Positions 1 to 9,216 of a stretch of DNA of 64,000 nucleotides are shown here, piece after piece; within the stretch, counting starts at the first letter, position 1, and each line of letters starts with the position of its first letter. The translations under genes were made by a program, and so were the position numbers. Source of the DNA: a virus; IMG/VR virus record IMGVR_UViG_3300033141_004862, positions 3,842 to 67,841 of that record; one strand, 5' to 3'. The notes under the pieces were generated by a model, which saw only the letters and a list, made by a program, of their open reading frames with translations, searched no databases and was not told the DNA's origin.

Positions 1-49
1 TACTCATACAAGCCGAAGATGGCGGAGTCGTGCGGAGTGAAGAGGACCG

Positions 50-74
50 TTGAAACATGACGGTCGGTGACAAT
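50..74 (+). promoter_or_regulatory. Phage-specific bipartite promoter motif copy 1 (TTGAA-N11-GGTGACAAT)
   Basis: TTGAA at 50-54 and GGTGACAAT at 66-74, followed by an A-rich tract and RBS AGGAGG before ATG 118. The same spacing recurs at 10 other sites. Confidence 0.75.
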
Positions 75-117
75 CCTTAAAAAGGGAAAATGAAAAAATC
101 AATTTTAGGAGGACGGA

Positions 118-534
118 ATGGGAAGTAAGAAATCGACAAGTCGGGTGATGTTAATTGAGAAAGCCAAAAGGCAGCGATACGACAGACCGGAGTATCGATG
201 GACGGACGTTGAAATCGCGGAGCACCGAGCAAGGTTTGCGACGGGAATCAAGATGAGCAGACTCAATCGGAGGTACGAAATCGGATTTGTCTTGAACGAC
301 ATATGGTTGGCATTGAGCACGGCCAAGCCCGAATCGAAGCCGGGGGATGGAGTGATGAGGATGAAAGAGGTACTCGAGAAAAGCTGGAAAGCCGGACGGA
401 TCGTGGAGCCGATTCAGAGAAATCGAAGAAACAAGGCAATCATGCAGGAGTTGGAACCCATCATTATCAGATTCAACGAGAAAACCGCTGAGATGACGAG
501 GCTTTATTTCGAGAAGAAGGGAGAATCAAGATGA
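118..534 (+). CDS. Hypothetical protein
   Basis: 138-aa ORF with AGGAGG RBS, downstream of the repeated promoter motif. Confidence 0.7.
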   Translation: MGSKKSTSRVMLIEKAKRQRYDRPEYRWTDVEIAEHRARFATGIKMSRLNRRYEIGFVLNDIWLALSTAKPESKPGDGVMRMKEVLEKSWKAGRIVEPIQRNRRNKAIMQELEPIIIRFNEKTAEMTRLYFEKKGESR

Positions 535-743
535 AAAAGTGGACGTGCTCCGAGTGCGGACATGAAGTAATCGCCAAGAACACTCCGAAGAAAATCGAGT
601 GGTCGGACGGGCATGTGTGCAAAGAATGGCATTGTGAACCCATCCGGTTCTTGGTGTTGCCGGAGGAAGGCGAGCCCCTGTTTTTCAAGGGCGAAAATCA
701 CAGCTACGAGGATTCTAAAAAACAGCAGAGGAGGGGGAGATGA
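531..743 (+). CDS. Small Zn-ribbon-like protein
   Basis: CSEC and HVC motifs; ATGA overlap with the previous gene. Confidence 0.6.
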   Translation: MKKWTCSECGHEVIAKNTPKKIEWSDGHVCKEWHCEPIRFLVLPEEGEPLFFKGENHSYEDSKKQQRRGR

Positions 744-1018
744 CGGTTTTCTTTGGAGGCATGTCTCTCGTCAATACGAAGCCGCCCAGCAGGAAGTTCT
801 ACATTGTCAAGCTGTGGAGGGAAGATTCCAGATGGTCGGTGGAAAGGAGATGGGGGCGTCTGCGATCCGGGCCGGGCGACTACGCCAACGGGCGCTCCGA
901 GAAACTGTACTTCGCCTCGAAGGAGGATGCAGTTAAATTCATTGCTCAGCTCATCAAGAGACGCATCACCCATGGATACAGACTTTTCGGGAAGCCGACG
1001 TTGAATCTGTCGGTGTGA
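740..1018 (+). CDS. WGR-domain nucleic-acid-binding protein
   Basis: KFYIVKL...WSVERRWGR...F.SKEDA...KRRITHGY matches the WGR domain signature. Confidence 0.8.
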   Translation: MTVFFGGMSLVNTKPPSRKFYIVKLWREDSRWSVERRWGRLRSGPGDYANGRSEKLYFASKEDAVKFIAQLIKRRITHGYRLFGKPTLNLSV

Positions 1019-1025
1019 TGACAAT
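1001..1025 (+). promoter_or_regulatory. Bipartite promoter motif copy 2 (TTGAA-N11-GATGACAAT)
   Basis: Same spacing as the other copies; lies upstream of the ligase. Confidence 0.7.
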
Positions 1026-1063
1026 ACTTATAGAGAAGAAGGAAAGGGAAGGAGAAACAGAAA

Positions 1064-2164
1064 ATGGCTCCTGCATGGGATGACTTGAAACGGAAGCTCG
1101 AGGAGCTTGAAGGGAAGCCTCTGGAGTTTACGAAGCAGGAGGTCAGCCTCGAAGCTCTTAAAAACATGGTGGCGGCCCACTTCATACGGCCAGATACGTT
1201 GCCTCAGATTCAGCCGATGCTTGCAACGGACGCAGGCATTTTCACGGACGAGGCAGCAGAACAGGTTAACGATGCGAAATACGCAATCGAGCCAAAGTTC
1301 AACGGGGTGCGAATGCTGTGTTTTCTCCTGAACGGGCGAGTCAGATTCCAGACTAGGGGACGTTCGCTACACACGCAGCTCTTCACAGAGAGGACGGACC
1401 ATTACCCCCAATTTCACAAGCCTTATCCCGAGGAGTATGACGGAACGGTTCTGGATGGGGAATTGGTGGCGTATCCGAACACGCCGAACAGAAAGAGCCG
1501 GCTCTGGTGCGACAACGACTTGCATCTTGCGATGTCGATAAATGGTGGAGGAGCCCTAAGCGGGATAGAGGTACAAGAGAAGCGGGGATGGGCAAGATAC
1601 ATAGTGTTTGATATTCTCAGTCTTGGCGGCATGAACGTCGAGAAAGAGCCTCTAAAAGTCAGGAGGAAGTTACTGAAGGAGCATCTATCGAAGCTCGGCC
1701 TGGGATTCGACCTAACTCCTCAATGGATCCCGGGCAAGCGGTTCAGCGTCAAGGAGCGGTACGATGCAGTAGTCAAACAGGGCGGAGAAGGATTGATAAT
1801 CAAAGACAGGGAATCAAGGTACGAACGGAGGCGAGCAAAGACGTGGTGGAAGTTCAAGCGATTCGAGGAAGAGGTGGGATACATCCATTCGATCCACAAG
1901 ATGGGCGACAGAGGCATTGCAGGAATGGTGGGGTCGGTGGTCGTCGCAGATAAGGACGGAAACAAAATCGCAATCGTTGGAAGCCTGTCGCATGAAGATA
2001 GAAGAAAGATGGTAGGAGAGAATGGGCAGCTCAGCCCCGAATACGTGGGAAAGAAGGTCCTGATTCGGTACCATGTCAAGCATAAGGAGACAGGCAATCC
2101 CCACCACGCTAGACTGGTAGCGTGGCTGGATGACGATGTTCACTACGAAAAGGAGGAACACTGA
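1064..2164 (+). CDS. ATP-dependent DNA ligase
   Basis: PMLA, motif I EPKFNGVR, motif III LDGEL, IIIa FDIL, IV EGLIIK, V WWKFK, and a C-terminal OB-like region. Confidence 0.9.
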   Translation: MAPAWDDLKRKLEELEGKPLEFTKQEVSLEALKNMVAAHFIRPDTLPQIQPMLATDAGIFTDEAAEQVNDAKYAIEPKFNGVRMLCFLLNGRVRFQTRGRSLHTQLFTERTDHYPQFHKPYPEEYDGTVLDGELVAYPNTPNRKSRLWCDNDLHLAMSINGGGALSGIEVQEKRGWARYIVFDILSLGGMNVEKEPLKVRRKLLKEHLSKLGLGFDLTPQWIPGKRFSVKERYDAVVKQGGEGLIIKDRESRYERRRAKTWWKFKRFEEEVGYIHSIHKMGDRGIAGMVGSVVVADKDGNKIAIVGSLSHEDRRKMVGENGQLSPEYVGKKVLIRYHVKHKETGNPHHARLVAWLDDDVHYEKEEH

Positions 2165-2520
2165 TGAAGTATGTGCTACTTGTATTTGCCGTTGTTTTGG
2201 TCTTCTTGCTCAGTCCGACGGGCGATCGCCTGATTCGACGACTCATCATTTGGAACATGCTGAGGAAGCTACGCAAAGATCCATACGTGAGAGCCTTGCG
2301 CAAGTTCGTGAAACGAGCTAATAAGGAGACTCGTCGTCGTCTTAAGCGTATGAGTGAAGAAGAGAGGCGCCGCAACGCTAATCCACTTGAACGCCGTATT
2401 GCAGAGCAACTTCATCGAAACCTTGAACGTTGGAACGGTGAAGAATTGCCTCCTGAGGAAGCCAGTCGCTTGTTCGGAGTCCCTATGGAAAGTGAGGAGG
2501 CAAAGAAAGCAAATGAGTAA
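2164..2520 (+). CDS. Hypothetical membrane-anchored protein
   Basis: N-terminal hydrophobic helix, Arg-rich body, AGGAGG RBS. Confidence 0.6.
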   Translation: MKYVLLVFAVVLVFLLSPTGDRLIRRLIIWNMLRKLRKDPYVRALRKFVKRANKETRRRLKRMSEEERRRNANPLERRIAEQLHRNLERWNGEELPPEEASRLFGVPMESEEAKKANE

Positions 2521-2553
2521 AACTTGTAGGGTTGGAGGGCACAAAGAAGTAGG

Positions 2554-2844
2554 ATGATAAAGCTAACGAAGAGAGAGCACGATGAACTGTGCCGACTTCT
2601 ATGGGCATCGTTGATGTCGCTCCATGAGGACGTTGGCATACCGAAAAGGATGTACCTGTTCGCACGTCGATTGGCAAAGATGGAGGACACAGAGGGAGGA
2701 AGGAGACTTGTCGAATGGCTGGATAGGCCGGAGACGAGAGACAGAGTGATCTGGGTTCTCTGTCCGGACGGCTCGTTTTCAAAACTCCCAAAACGCGGAA
2801 GCCTTGAAGGCGAATTAAAGGCGATAAAGGAAATCCTAAAATGA
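2554..2844 (+). CDS. Hypothetical protein
   Basis: 96-aa ORF in a tightly packed + strand array. Confidence 0.55.
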   Translation: MIKLTKREHDELCRLLWASLMSLHEDVGIPKRMYLFARRLAKMEDTEGGRRLVEWLDRPETRDRVIWVLCPDGSFSKLPKRGSLEGELKAIKEILK

Positions 2845-3101
2845 CGGCGCAACTTCCAGAAGGAGCGTTCGGACAAAGGAGGCGACAAATGGGAGGAAAA
2901 AGACGATACCATTACAGAGTGCGGAACCTCGAAGGAAAGATCTGGGACACTCAGCACTCTTCGGTAACTCCGTTGCTCATCGTGAACGAAGAGGTCAGAC
3001 CCGGAGCAACGCAGAAAATCTGTGGGATTCTGAACATCTTCGACTTCTCGATGAAACGGTACGAGAAAGTCAGAATGAGGACAAACGATGAGAGAAGCTA
3101 A
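2841..3101 (+). CDS. Hypothetical protein
   Basis: ATGA-coupled 86-aa ORF. Confidence 0.55.
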   Translation: MTAQLPEGAFGQRRRQMGGKRRYHYRVRNLEGKIWDTQHSSVTPLLIVNEEVRPGATQKICGILNIFDFSMKRYEKVRMRTNDERS

Positions 3102-3519
3102 GCTCCCCAAACGGGCAGAGCAGGGGTTCAGAGAGTACAAGGGAGAGATGCCCGACAAGTCGAGAGATGAACTTCCGTGGGTGACACTGAACTCTAACGG
3201 GACGCTCTACGTTGCGAAAGCGGCGCAACCGTTTCTCAAAGCCAAGTATGTCAAGTTACTGTACAATCCCGATCTGAACATTGTTGGGCTGAAGCCGTTG
3301 GATTCCAAGTCCGGTTCGTTGCAAGGAGCCAGGAAGGTTCGGTACACCCAACGAGGCGCAGCATACGTCGGACTCAAAGGATTCCTATGGTACTTTCGGA
3401 TCGAAAGAGCGGCCCAGGGCCGTCGCTACCACCTCTACAAAGCCAAAGACATGTACGTCATCTTCCTGGACAAGCCAATAGCGTTGGTTCGGGGCGGGCC
3501 GATCGGGGAGAGAACGTGA
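3088..3519 (+). CDS. Hypothetical basic beta-rich protein, paralog of 20256..20669
   Basis: VTLNSNGTLYVAKAA...LLYNPDLNIVGLKP...GRRY aligns by eye with LTVSRAGYLILNAPA...IAYNPSTSQLAIRP...GRRF. Confidence 0.65.
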   Translation: MREAKLPKRAEQGFREYKGEMPDKSRDELPWVTLNSNGTLYVAKAAQPFLKAKYVKLLYNPDLNIVGLKPLDSKSGSLQGARKVRYTQRGAAYVGLKGFLWYFRIERAAQGRRYHLYKAKDMYVIFLDKPIALVRGGPIGERT

Positions 3520-3860
3520 AGTTGGGCGAGGAAAAGTGGGCTGTCGTCGACAGGTACGACGCCGCAAAATGCACGAAAATCGTGCCTCGAGGTTGGTCTA
3601 TTGCCCGGATCGCAGAATGGAAAGCGGACATGCTGGTCGTTGGAGACTTCGAGTGCGAAGTTAGGGTGAAACTTGTCGGACTTGTGTCGGAGGATCAACA
3701 GGAGGCGCTTTTTCTGGTGGTGCACAAGCTCGTCCCAGACTCCGATGACGTCATCCAATGTGTGGTTAACATCCTAGAGTCCTCGATGGCAGACTTTGAA
3801 AACGTCGCTCGGGCGATCGAAGAAGGTCCCATCGTACCTGACTCAAGAGAGGATATGTAA
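3516..3860 (+). CDS. Hypothetical protein
   Basis: A GTG start overlapping the previous stop is the likely start within ORF 3387..3860. Confidence 0.55.
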   Translation: MKLGEEKWAVVDRYDAAKCTKIVPRGWSIARIAEWKADMLVVGDFECEVRVKLVGLVSEDQQEALFLVVHKLVPDSDDVIQCVVNILESSMADFENVARAIEEGPIVPDSREDM

Positions 3861-3895
3861 CCATTTCGGCCCGATCCTTTTCGGAGAAGGAGGTT

Positions 3896-4192
3896 GTGAC
3901 GATGAGATTCAAAAAGAGGCAAAGCCTCGAAACACTCAGGAGGAGGGTAGGTGAATTCTACGGTCTCGAAGCAAAAGTCGAGAAGCATCGGTTTTCCGAC
4001 GATGGCGAACACGCCACGATTGTTGTGAAGTCCCCCACAGGTAAATACCTTGTTGAAGTTGAAGCGTTCATCGATCCGATCGGCGGGCGTTGGTCTATCA
4101 ACAGCTTCCTGAACACGGTTAGGAATCGATATGCAAATGAACTTATGCTCTTAGACTTGGTTGAGCCGAAGAGAAAAAGGAGAGCAAAATGA
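3896..4192 (+). CDS. Hypothetical protein
   Basis: AGGAGG RBS, 98-aa ORF. Confidence 0.6.
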   Translation: MTMRFKKRQSLETLRRRVGEFYGLEAKVEKHRFSDDGEHATIVVKSPTGKYLVEVEAFIDPIGGRWSINSFLNTVRNRYANELMLLDLVEPKRKRRAK

Positions 4193-4586
4193 GGCACGTA
4201 CATAGAACTTTCAGGGTCGGCTTCGACTTTGCGAGGTTGGAGTGCCGTATCACCTGCACGGAGTGTGGCAGGAGCTTCTATCCCACTAAAACCGGAAGGG
4301 GAGTCTATGAAAAGTTCTGGAGAAAGAATGCGGGTGAGGACCTCCGACTCGGACAAGTTGCCAAAATTTGAGGGGACAAAACGTGGCATCGAGGCGGGAG
4401 GAAAAGATTTCAATGAGCAAGCCGAACGAGGAAGTCTTTCAGTGCTGCGGTCGAATCTTCGAGAAGTCCGGCGCGGTGAGCGACAAACGAGGAGTCGCAA
4501 GATGTCCGATCTGCGACTCCCCTCTCATCCTCGTGACGCGACAGGAGATTCAAGACGAGGACTGGATGCGAGTCCGCGACAGGTAG

Positions 4587-4970
4587 GTGAAGGGCCGCAA
4601 AAGAATGGGCACAGGAACGTACCACACAGTGAAGGGAGATAGGGTAGGCGTCATCCTTGGGATCTCGGACGGCGTAATCTACCTTCTAGGGTACGGAACT
4701 TTTGAAGGCTACGAGGTTCCTCCTCCCGGGGAACGAGGCGGCGGACTCCGGGACGTTTTCCATAGGGAAGGGCGATTAACACCAAAGATTGTCCTCGACA
4801 ACGGAAAAGTCGTTTGGGGATGCGAGTGCTGGTGGCAGGATGAGACGACAATAAAGGCAATGGTAGAGATAGCATTGAGCGAGGGCAAGAACGGGATCGT
4901 TGAAGTGGACATTGACGACGTGAGATTCGGAAAGACTCCCGGGAAGCCGTTGAAGGGTTCGCCTCGGTGA
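4587..4970 (+). CDS. Hypothetical phage protein (WGCECWW motif)
   Basis: 127-aa ORF with the pattern PKIVLDNGKVVWGCECWW. Confidence 0.65.
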   Translation: MKGRKRMGTGTYHTVKGDRVGVILGISDGVIYLLGYGTFEGYEVPPPGERGGGLRDVFHREGRLTPKIVLDNGKVVWGCECWWQDETTIKAMVEIALSEGKNGIVEVDIDDVRFGKTPGKPLKGSPR

Positions 4971-4974
4971 CAAT
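4950..4974 (+). promoter_or_regulatory. Bipartite promoter motif copy 3
   Basis: TTGAA-gggttcgcctc-GGTGACAAT, upstream of PolX. Confidence 0.75.
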
Positions 4975-5013
4975 CCTTAAAAAAAGAAGGAAAAAATTTT
5001 AGGCGGGAAGCAG

Positions 5014-5574
5014 ATGAGTAGTCGAAACGGAAGACATCAAGGACTCGAGAGAATCCTCCGAGCCGCAGCGACCCCGTATGTTGAGCTGGTCCAGGCAAAG
5101 CTGGGCGGGATAGCGACGGTCGTGGTGGCAGGAAGTTACAGGCGAAAACGAGAGACAGTGGGCGACCTCGATTTTGTGGTTGTGCCTACGGAAACGACAA
5201 TCGAGGGACTGTGGCAGGCGTGCCGAGAAGCGTTCGGCGAGCCTGTGCTCGGCGGAAAGGTGAAGGAGAGGCCGCGGGCGAATAGAGTGGACGTGGACAG
5301 AAAGGGACAATGGATTCTCGACGGGAAGGTGACGTTGGATATCTACGTGGCGGAGTTGGGGCATTTCGAGCCGATGCTCCTATACCTTACAGGCTCAGCC
5401 TCCTACAACAAGATGATGAGATGGACAGCGAGGAGGCAAGGTCTGATACTGAGCCAATACGGACTCAGGGACGCCGAGACAAAACAGTTGGTCGGAGAAC
5501 AGACGGAGGAAGGAATTCATCAAACACTCGGACTCGAATACAAACAGCCCGAGGAAAGGAACGGATTCGGATGA
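5014..5574 (+). CDS. polX: Minimal family X DNA polymerase (palm + thumb only)
   Basis: AGSYRR..TVGDLDF (GS + DxD), third Asp in LDIY, YLTGS..YN..MR..AR..GL.LSQYGL, EEGI...LGLEY..PEER. Only 186 aa. Confidence 0.9.
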   Translation: MSSRNGRHQGLERILRAAATPYVELVQAKLGGIATVVVAGSYRRKRETVGDLDFVVVPTETTIEGLWQACREAFGEPVLGGKVKERPRANRVDVDRKGQWILDGKVTLDIYVAELGHFEPMLLYLTGSASYNKMMRWTARRQGLILSQYGLRDAETKQLVGEQTEEGIHQTLGLEYKQPEERNGFG

Positions 5575-5756
5575 GCGACGAGATCTGCAACTACACTCTT
5601 ACGGTTCAGTTCAACTTCATCTCCGACAAGAAGATGAACGAAAAACTGAAACGCCAAATCTGCGAAGAGGCGCTGACGGCTTTCGACAGGGTGATCCAAC
5701 AATATAGGTTGGGCGGCGTCGTCTCCGGCTCGATAGTTGAGCGGCAGGAGCTATGA
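5571..5756 (+). CDS. Hypothetical small protein
   Basis: ATGA-coupled ORF beginning MSDEICNY. Confidence 0.5.
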   Translation: MSDEICNYTLTVQFNFISDKKMNEKLKRQICEEALTAFDRVIQQYRLGGVVSGSIVERQEL

Positions 5757-6016
5757 AACCTCCCACGACACCCCTTTCGGAAAACGAGGTTCGGATATCA
5801 CAAGGAACGGGCGATATTCGCTCTCAGCGTCCGATTTTGGGGCGTTTTTGTGCAGACAAGACCCTAGGTATGAAAAAGCCGCATTTTCGCCTCAGCGAGC
5901 CTCTGAGACGTTCTGGGCAGGTGCAGGAGGCGTCGGCTTCGTCCGATGAGTGACAAGAATCATGCCAAGTCGCGGAAATCGCCCAAAAATTTTTTTCAAA
6001 AAATTTTAGAAAACAC

Positions 6017-6045
6017 TTGACAAATAGAAAGAAAATGACTATATT
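6017..6045 (+). promoter_or_regulatory. Canonical sigma70/SigA promoter with UP element
   Basis: TTGACA (6017-6022), 17-nt spacer, TATATT (6040-6045), preceded by A/T tracts at about 5985-6016. Confidence 0.85.
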
Positions 6046-6082
6046 ATTAATAGGAAGAAAAAATCAAATGAAAGGGAGTGTC

Positions 6083-6646
6083 ATGGTAAGTCCAGAGAGG
6101 ATTCAAGAGATCGTTGAGAAAGTCGCTCGGAAGCAAGTGCGAGACGCGATCAGGCCGCAGTTCAGGGAAGAGCTGGTGAACGAGGCTTGGTTAGCGATTC
6201 TCGAAGCGAAGCAGAAGAAGAATCTCACAGAACGGGACGTATGGGCCATCGCAAGGTGGAGAATGATCAAGTGGAAGTTGAAGATGAATCAAGCATTGTC
6301 AATTCCGTTGGAGTCGGTCTGGTGGTGGTCGAGGCACAGAGGCAGGGCGAACAAGGAGGAGAACAGAACGAGTATCCCGATGGAGCTGAGGGACGACTTG
6401 GTAACCACACAGCAGGGCTGGAAGGACGAGGAGTCGCAGAAAATCTTGGAGATGATACGGAGAAAAATCGAGCGGAAGCTCGGCAGGGTGTCGAGGCGAG
6501 TGATGAGACAGATGCTCGAGGGCGGCAGGTTGAGCGAAGTTTGGCGGGAGTTGGAGAAAACCGATATAGGGTATGCAAAGAAACGGGTGTATGTGGACGC
6601 AATCAAGCGGATCAGGGAAGCTTGGAAACAAGAGCTGGGGGAATAG
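6083..6646 (+). CDS. Putative phage RNA polymerase sigma factor (ECF/sigma70-like)
   Basis: Region-2-like REELVNEAWLAILEA...WAIARWRMI and a region-4-like C-terminus with an HTH (GRLSEVWRELE...AIKRIRE). About 187 aa; RBS GGGAG before ATG 6083. Confidence 0.6.
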   Translation: MVSPERIQEIVEKVARKQVRDAIRPQFREELVNEAWLAILEAKQKKNLTERDVWAIARWRMIKWKLKMNQALSIPLESVWWWSRHRGRANKEENRTSIPMELRDDLVTTQQGWKDEESQKILEMIRRKIERKLGRVSRRVMRQMLEGGRLSEVWRELEKTDIGYAKKRVYVDAIKRIREAWKQELGE

Positions 6647-6825
6647 GAAGGGGCGTCGTCGTGGAGGTTGAGTTGAGTATCAAGGACGACAAAGAGCTAA
6701 GAAATGTCATCAAGGATATGATTCGGGCCGGGCGCACGATGCGAGCGGTGGGAGAGACGCACTTCGCGCCACCCATACGCTCCAAAGGAGAGATATACTA
6801 CCTTTGAGAAAGGAGGGGAAAAGCC

Positions 6826-7158
6826 ATGATCAACCTCGATGATCGATTCTCTGCTCTGAACAAAGATGTGGGCGCAAATCTCAACGAGTGCAGGCAAATC
6901 TTCGCCCGGAGGCGCGGCCAGATGGGCCTTTTGCTCCTCTTTGCTACAGGCATTATCGCTGCGATCATATTTTGGAGGCCATCTATCTTCATGAAGGCAT
7001 ATGTCCTCGTCTGTGGTGCAGGGTACCTATTTGCTCTTGTTTCCAACGTCGTTTCGATGCTACGAATTCGGAATTGTCTTCGCCACGCCCGGACAGGACT
7101 TGACCAGATGGAAGCGATACTCCTTGGCATGGAAGATGGGGATGAGCAAAGCCGCTGA
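6826..7158 (+). CDS. Two-TM membrane protein
   Basis: Two hydrophobic helices; AGGAGG RBS. Confidence 0.6.
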   Translation: MINLDDRFSALNKDVGANLNECRQIFARRRGQMGLLLLFATGIIAAIIFWRPSIFMKAYVLVCGAGYLFALVSNVVSMLRIRNCLRHARTGLDQMEAILLGMEDGDEQSR

Positions 7159-7337
7159 GAAACTTCGAGAGGAAATTCAGGACCTCGAGGAAAGATGCAA
7201 CAGAGCCCACACACGTCTGGTCTTTGCGTCGGCGGGCTTGCCGCGGAAACAAGCCTACAGAGAGTATGCAAGGCTTTCACGTATGCTTGAAAACAGAAGG
7301 CGAAAGCTCGAGGCGTTGACGAAGAAGGAGGCATGAC

Positions 7338-7517
7338 ATGGGACATCTAGTCATTGCCTTTGTTTTGGGTGTCTTTGTCGGGGCGTTTTTAGGGGGCGTG
7401 GGAATGGCCCTCGCAGCAGCCGCGAAGATTTCGGACCTGAGGATTTTGATAGACACTCTCCGAGAGAGCGACCGTCAGCTCACTGCTCTTCTCGGCGACT
7501 TCAAGAAGGAGATTTAG
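7338..7517 (+). CDS. Small membrane protein, paralog of 13739..13951
   Basis: Translated by hand as MGHLVIAFVLGVFVGAFLGGVGMALAAAAKISDLRILID; below the ORF track cutoff. Confidence 0.6.
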   Translation: MGHLVIAFVLGVFVGAFLGGVGMALAAAAKISDLRILIDTLRESDRQLTALLGDFKKEI

Positions 7518-7518
7518 G

Positions 7519-7749
7519 ATGACGAGGCTGTTCTTGGAGAACGGAATTCCGGCAGGATTGTTGGACGTGTGCGAGTGGCTAAAGGGGATGTATCCCGAAG
7601 ACATTTTCAGCGAGTCGGAGACAGCGAGGGCGGCGAAGGAGCGGTGCTTAGCTCTTGGGTCGTATGAATGTATCGTCCTCATGAGGGAGCTGGCAAAGGC
7701 CCTGCTAGCGAGGGTCGTCCCCAATGAGGGCGGAAAACGGAGGGAATAA
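7519..7749 (+). CDS. Hypothetical protein
   Basis: AAGGAG RBS, 76 aa. Confidence 0.55.
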   Translation: MTRLFLENGIPAGLLDVCEWLKGMYPEDIFSESETARAAKERCLALGSYECIVLMRELAKALLARVVPNEGGKRRE

Positions 7750-8624
7750 TGGCAAAGAGATACAGCTACAAAACCGATAAGCATGGCGGCGTCGGTTGCG
7801 TCTACGACGCAAAAGCATCGAAGCAATCCCCCGTTGCCTTTACCGATGAAGTCAGACGCCCGGGGTTTGCTCGACACATCGCCCGGGTTTTGAACCTAAA
7901 TGAGGCGGTGTGGTCAAGAGTGGAAGCAACAAGGAGGAAGGACGTGGGGTATAAAGGACAAATTTTCGACCCCCGGATGCCACACGGCGTCACGCAGATG
8001 AGTCTGGCGTTTGTCAGACAAAACCTCGAAGTCATTGCTCCGGTGAGTATGATTCAGTTTCGTCGGATGGAGGAAGAGGGAGCAAGGACGTACATCTATG
8101 GGCGTTATGGGTGTCTTGTGACAGATGGGTTTGAAGTGGGTTACGGCGGAGAAGGGCCGAGAGGACTTCAGGACATTCTCCACGAGGTCGGGTTTTGTTG
8201 GGACCCGCGCCGTGATATTGTTGATGTCGGGCGGTTCATTGAGTGGACGAAGTCTAGTTGTCACCGCGGAACCATTGAAGAGCTGAGCGGGGTGATATGT
8301 AAAGAATGTGGAGCGGAAATTCGTTTTGGGTTTGGGAAAGAAGTGGAAGACAGAATGAGAAGGTTGGGGGTGTGTGTTAGTTGCGAGTTCTGGTTGGGTT
8401 GGGTAGAGAGGCGTGACGATTCGAGGGTCGCTCGTGTTAACCATGTGCATTATTTCGTCGAGGACGAATTCGATACCTGCGGGGTTCGTGGGTTTGACGG
8501 ACGGAGGTTCGTCATTGAATGGAACGACGGACGACGTGCGACGACTACGAATCTGTGGTGTCAGGGAGACATTCCCGAGTATTTTTGGGATAGACTCCCT
8601 GACAATGCCAAATTTGTCAAATGA
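7749..8624 (+). CDS. Hypothetical multi-domain phage protein with Zn-finger
   Basis: GYGGEGPRGL segment; CKEC and CVSC pairs; C-terminal TTNLWCQGDIP. Confidence 0.7.
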   Translation: MAKRYSYKTDKHGGVGCVYDAKASKQSPVAFTDEVRRPGFARHIARVLNLNEAVWSRVEATRRKDVGYKGQIFDPRMPHGVTQMSLAFVRQNLEVIAPVSMIQFRRMEEEGARTYIYGRYGCLVTDGFEVGYGGEGPRGLQDILHEVGFCWDPRRDIVDVGRFIEWTKSSCHRGTIEELSGVICKECGAEIRFGFGKEVEDRMRRLGVCVSCEFWLGWVERRDDSRVARVNHVHYFVEDEFDTCGVRGFDGRRFVIEWNDGRRATTTNLWCQGDIPEYFWDRLPDNAKFVK

Positions 8625-8962
8625 AAGGAGGCGAGGTGAAGGAACAAAATGCTCGGTCAGGGAGGCCCGACGTGGAGTCGACACGAGACAAGATTTCCCG
8701 GATGAAGAACACCGCTCGTCAATGCAGTCTGTTAGCAAGCGAAGCGCAAGAACTTTTCGAAGAGCTACACGACCTTCTTTTCTCGGGATTCGCCGAACCG
8801 ACGGCACGTATCGGAGGCGAAGTGTCATCCGTTGTCCGGAAAGGAGAGACCGCAGGGTCTGTCTTTTCTGACCTGGAGGAGAGCATCAACGCCATATACT
8901 CCTCCCTGCTTCCGCTTGTGGGGAGATTGCGAGGCTGTCTTCGATTTGTTCGTGGCGAGTAG
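8621..8962 (+). CDS. Hypothetical helical protein
   Basis: Coupled ORF with GGAGG RBS. Confidence 0.55.
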   Translation: MKGGEVKEQNARSGRPDVESTRDKISRMKNTARQCSLLASEAQELFEELHDLLFSGFAEPTARIGGEVSSVVRKGETAGSVFSDLEESINAIYSSLLPLVGRLRGCLRFVRGE

Positions 8963-9216
8963 ATGTGCGAAGAAGGATCGACTCAGAAAGTTATCATCGA
9001 CGGAAAGGAAGTCGAAGTCGACAAGTGCCTTGCACCCTCATTCAGACATTGAATGATTTCGGCGTGCGAACTATCGCATCTTGTTGTGGGCACGGGAAGA
9101 CAAAGCATTCGTACATAAGGATTGATCCACGGAATGTTGGGATCTTGCCGCTTGATGACGCATTCACTGTTCACCTGAGGGTGAGGTATAGAGATGACGA
9201 GAGGAGGGTAAAATGA
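8963..9216 (+). pseudogene. Frameshifted SCCGHG-motif phage protein
   Basis: ATG 8963 gives MCEEGSTQKVIIDGKEVEVDKCLAP and then stops at 9052. The -1 frame continues LIQTLNDFGVRTIASCCGHG. The junction is at CCC 9035-9037. Confidence 0.6.
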
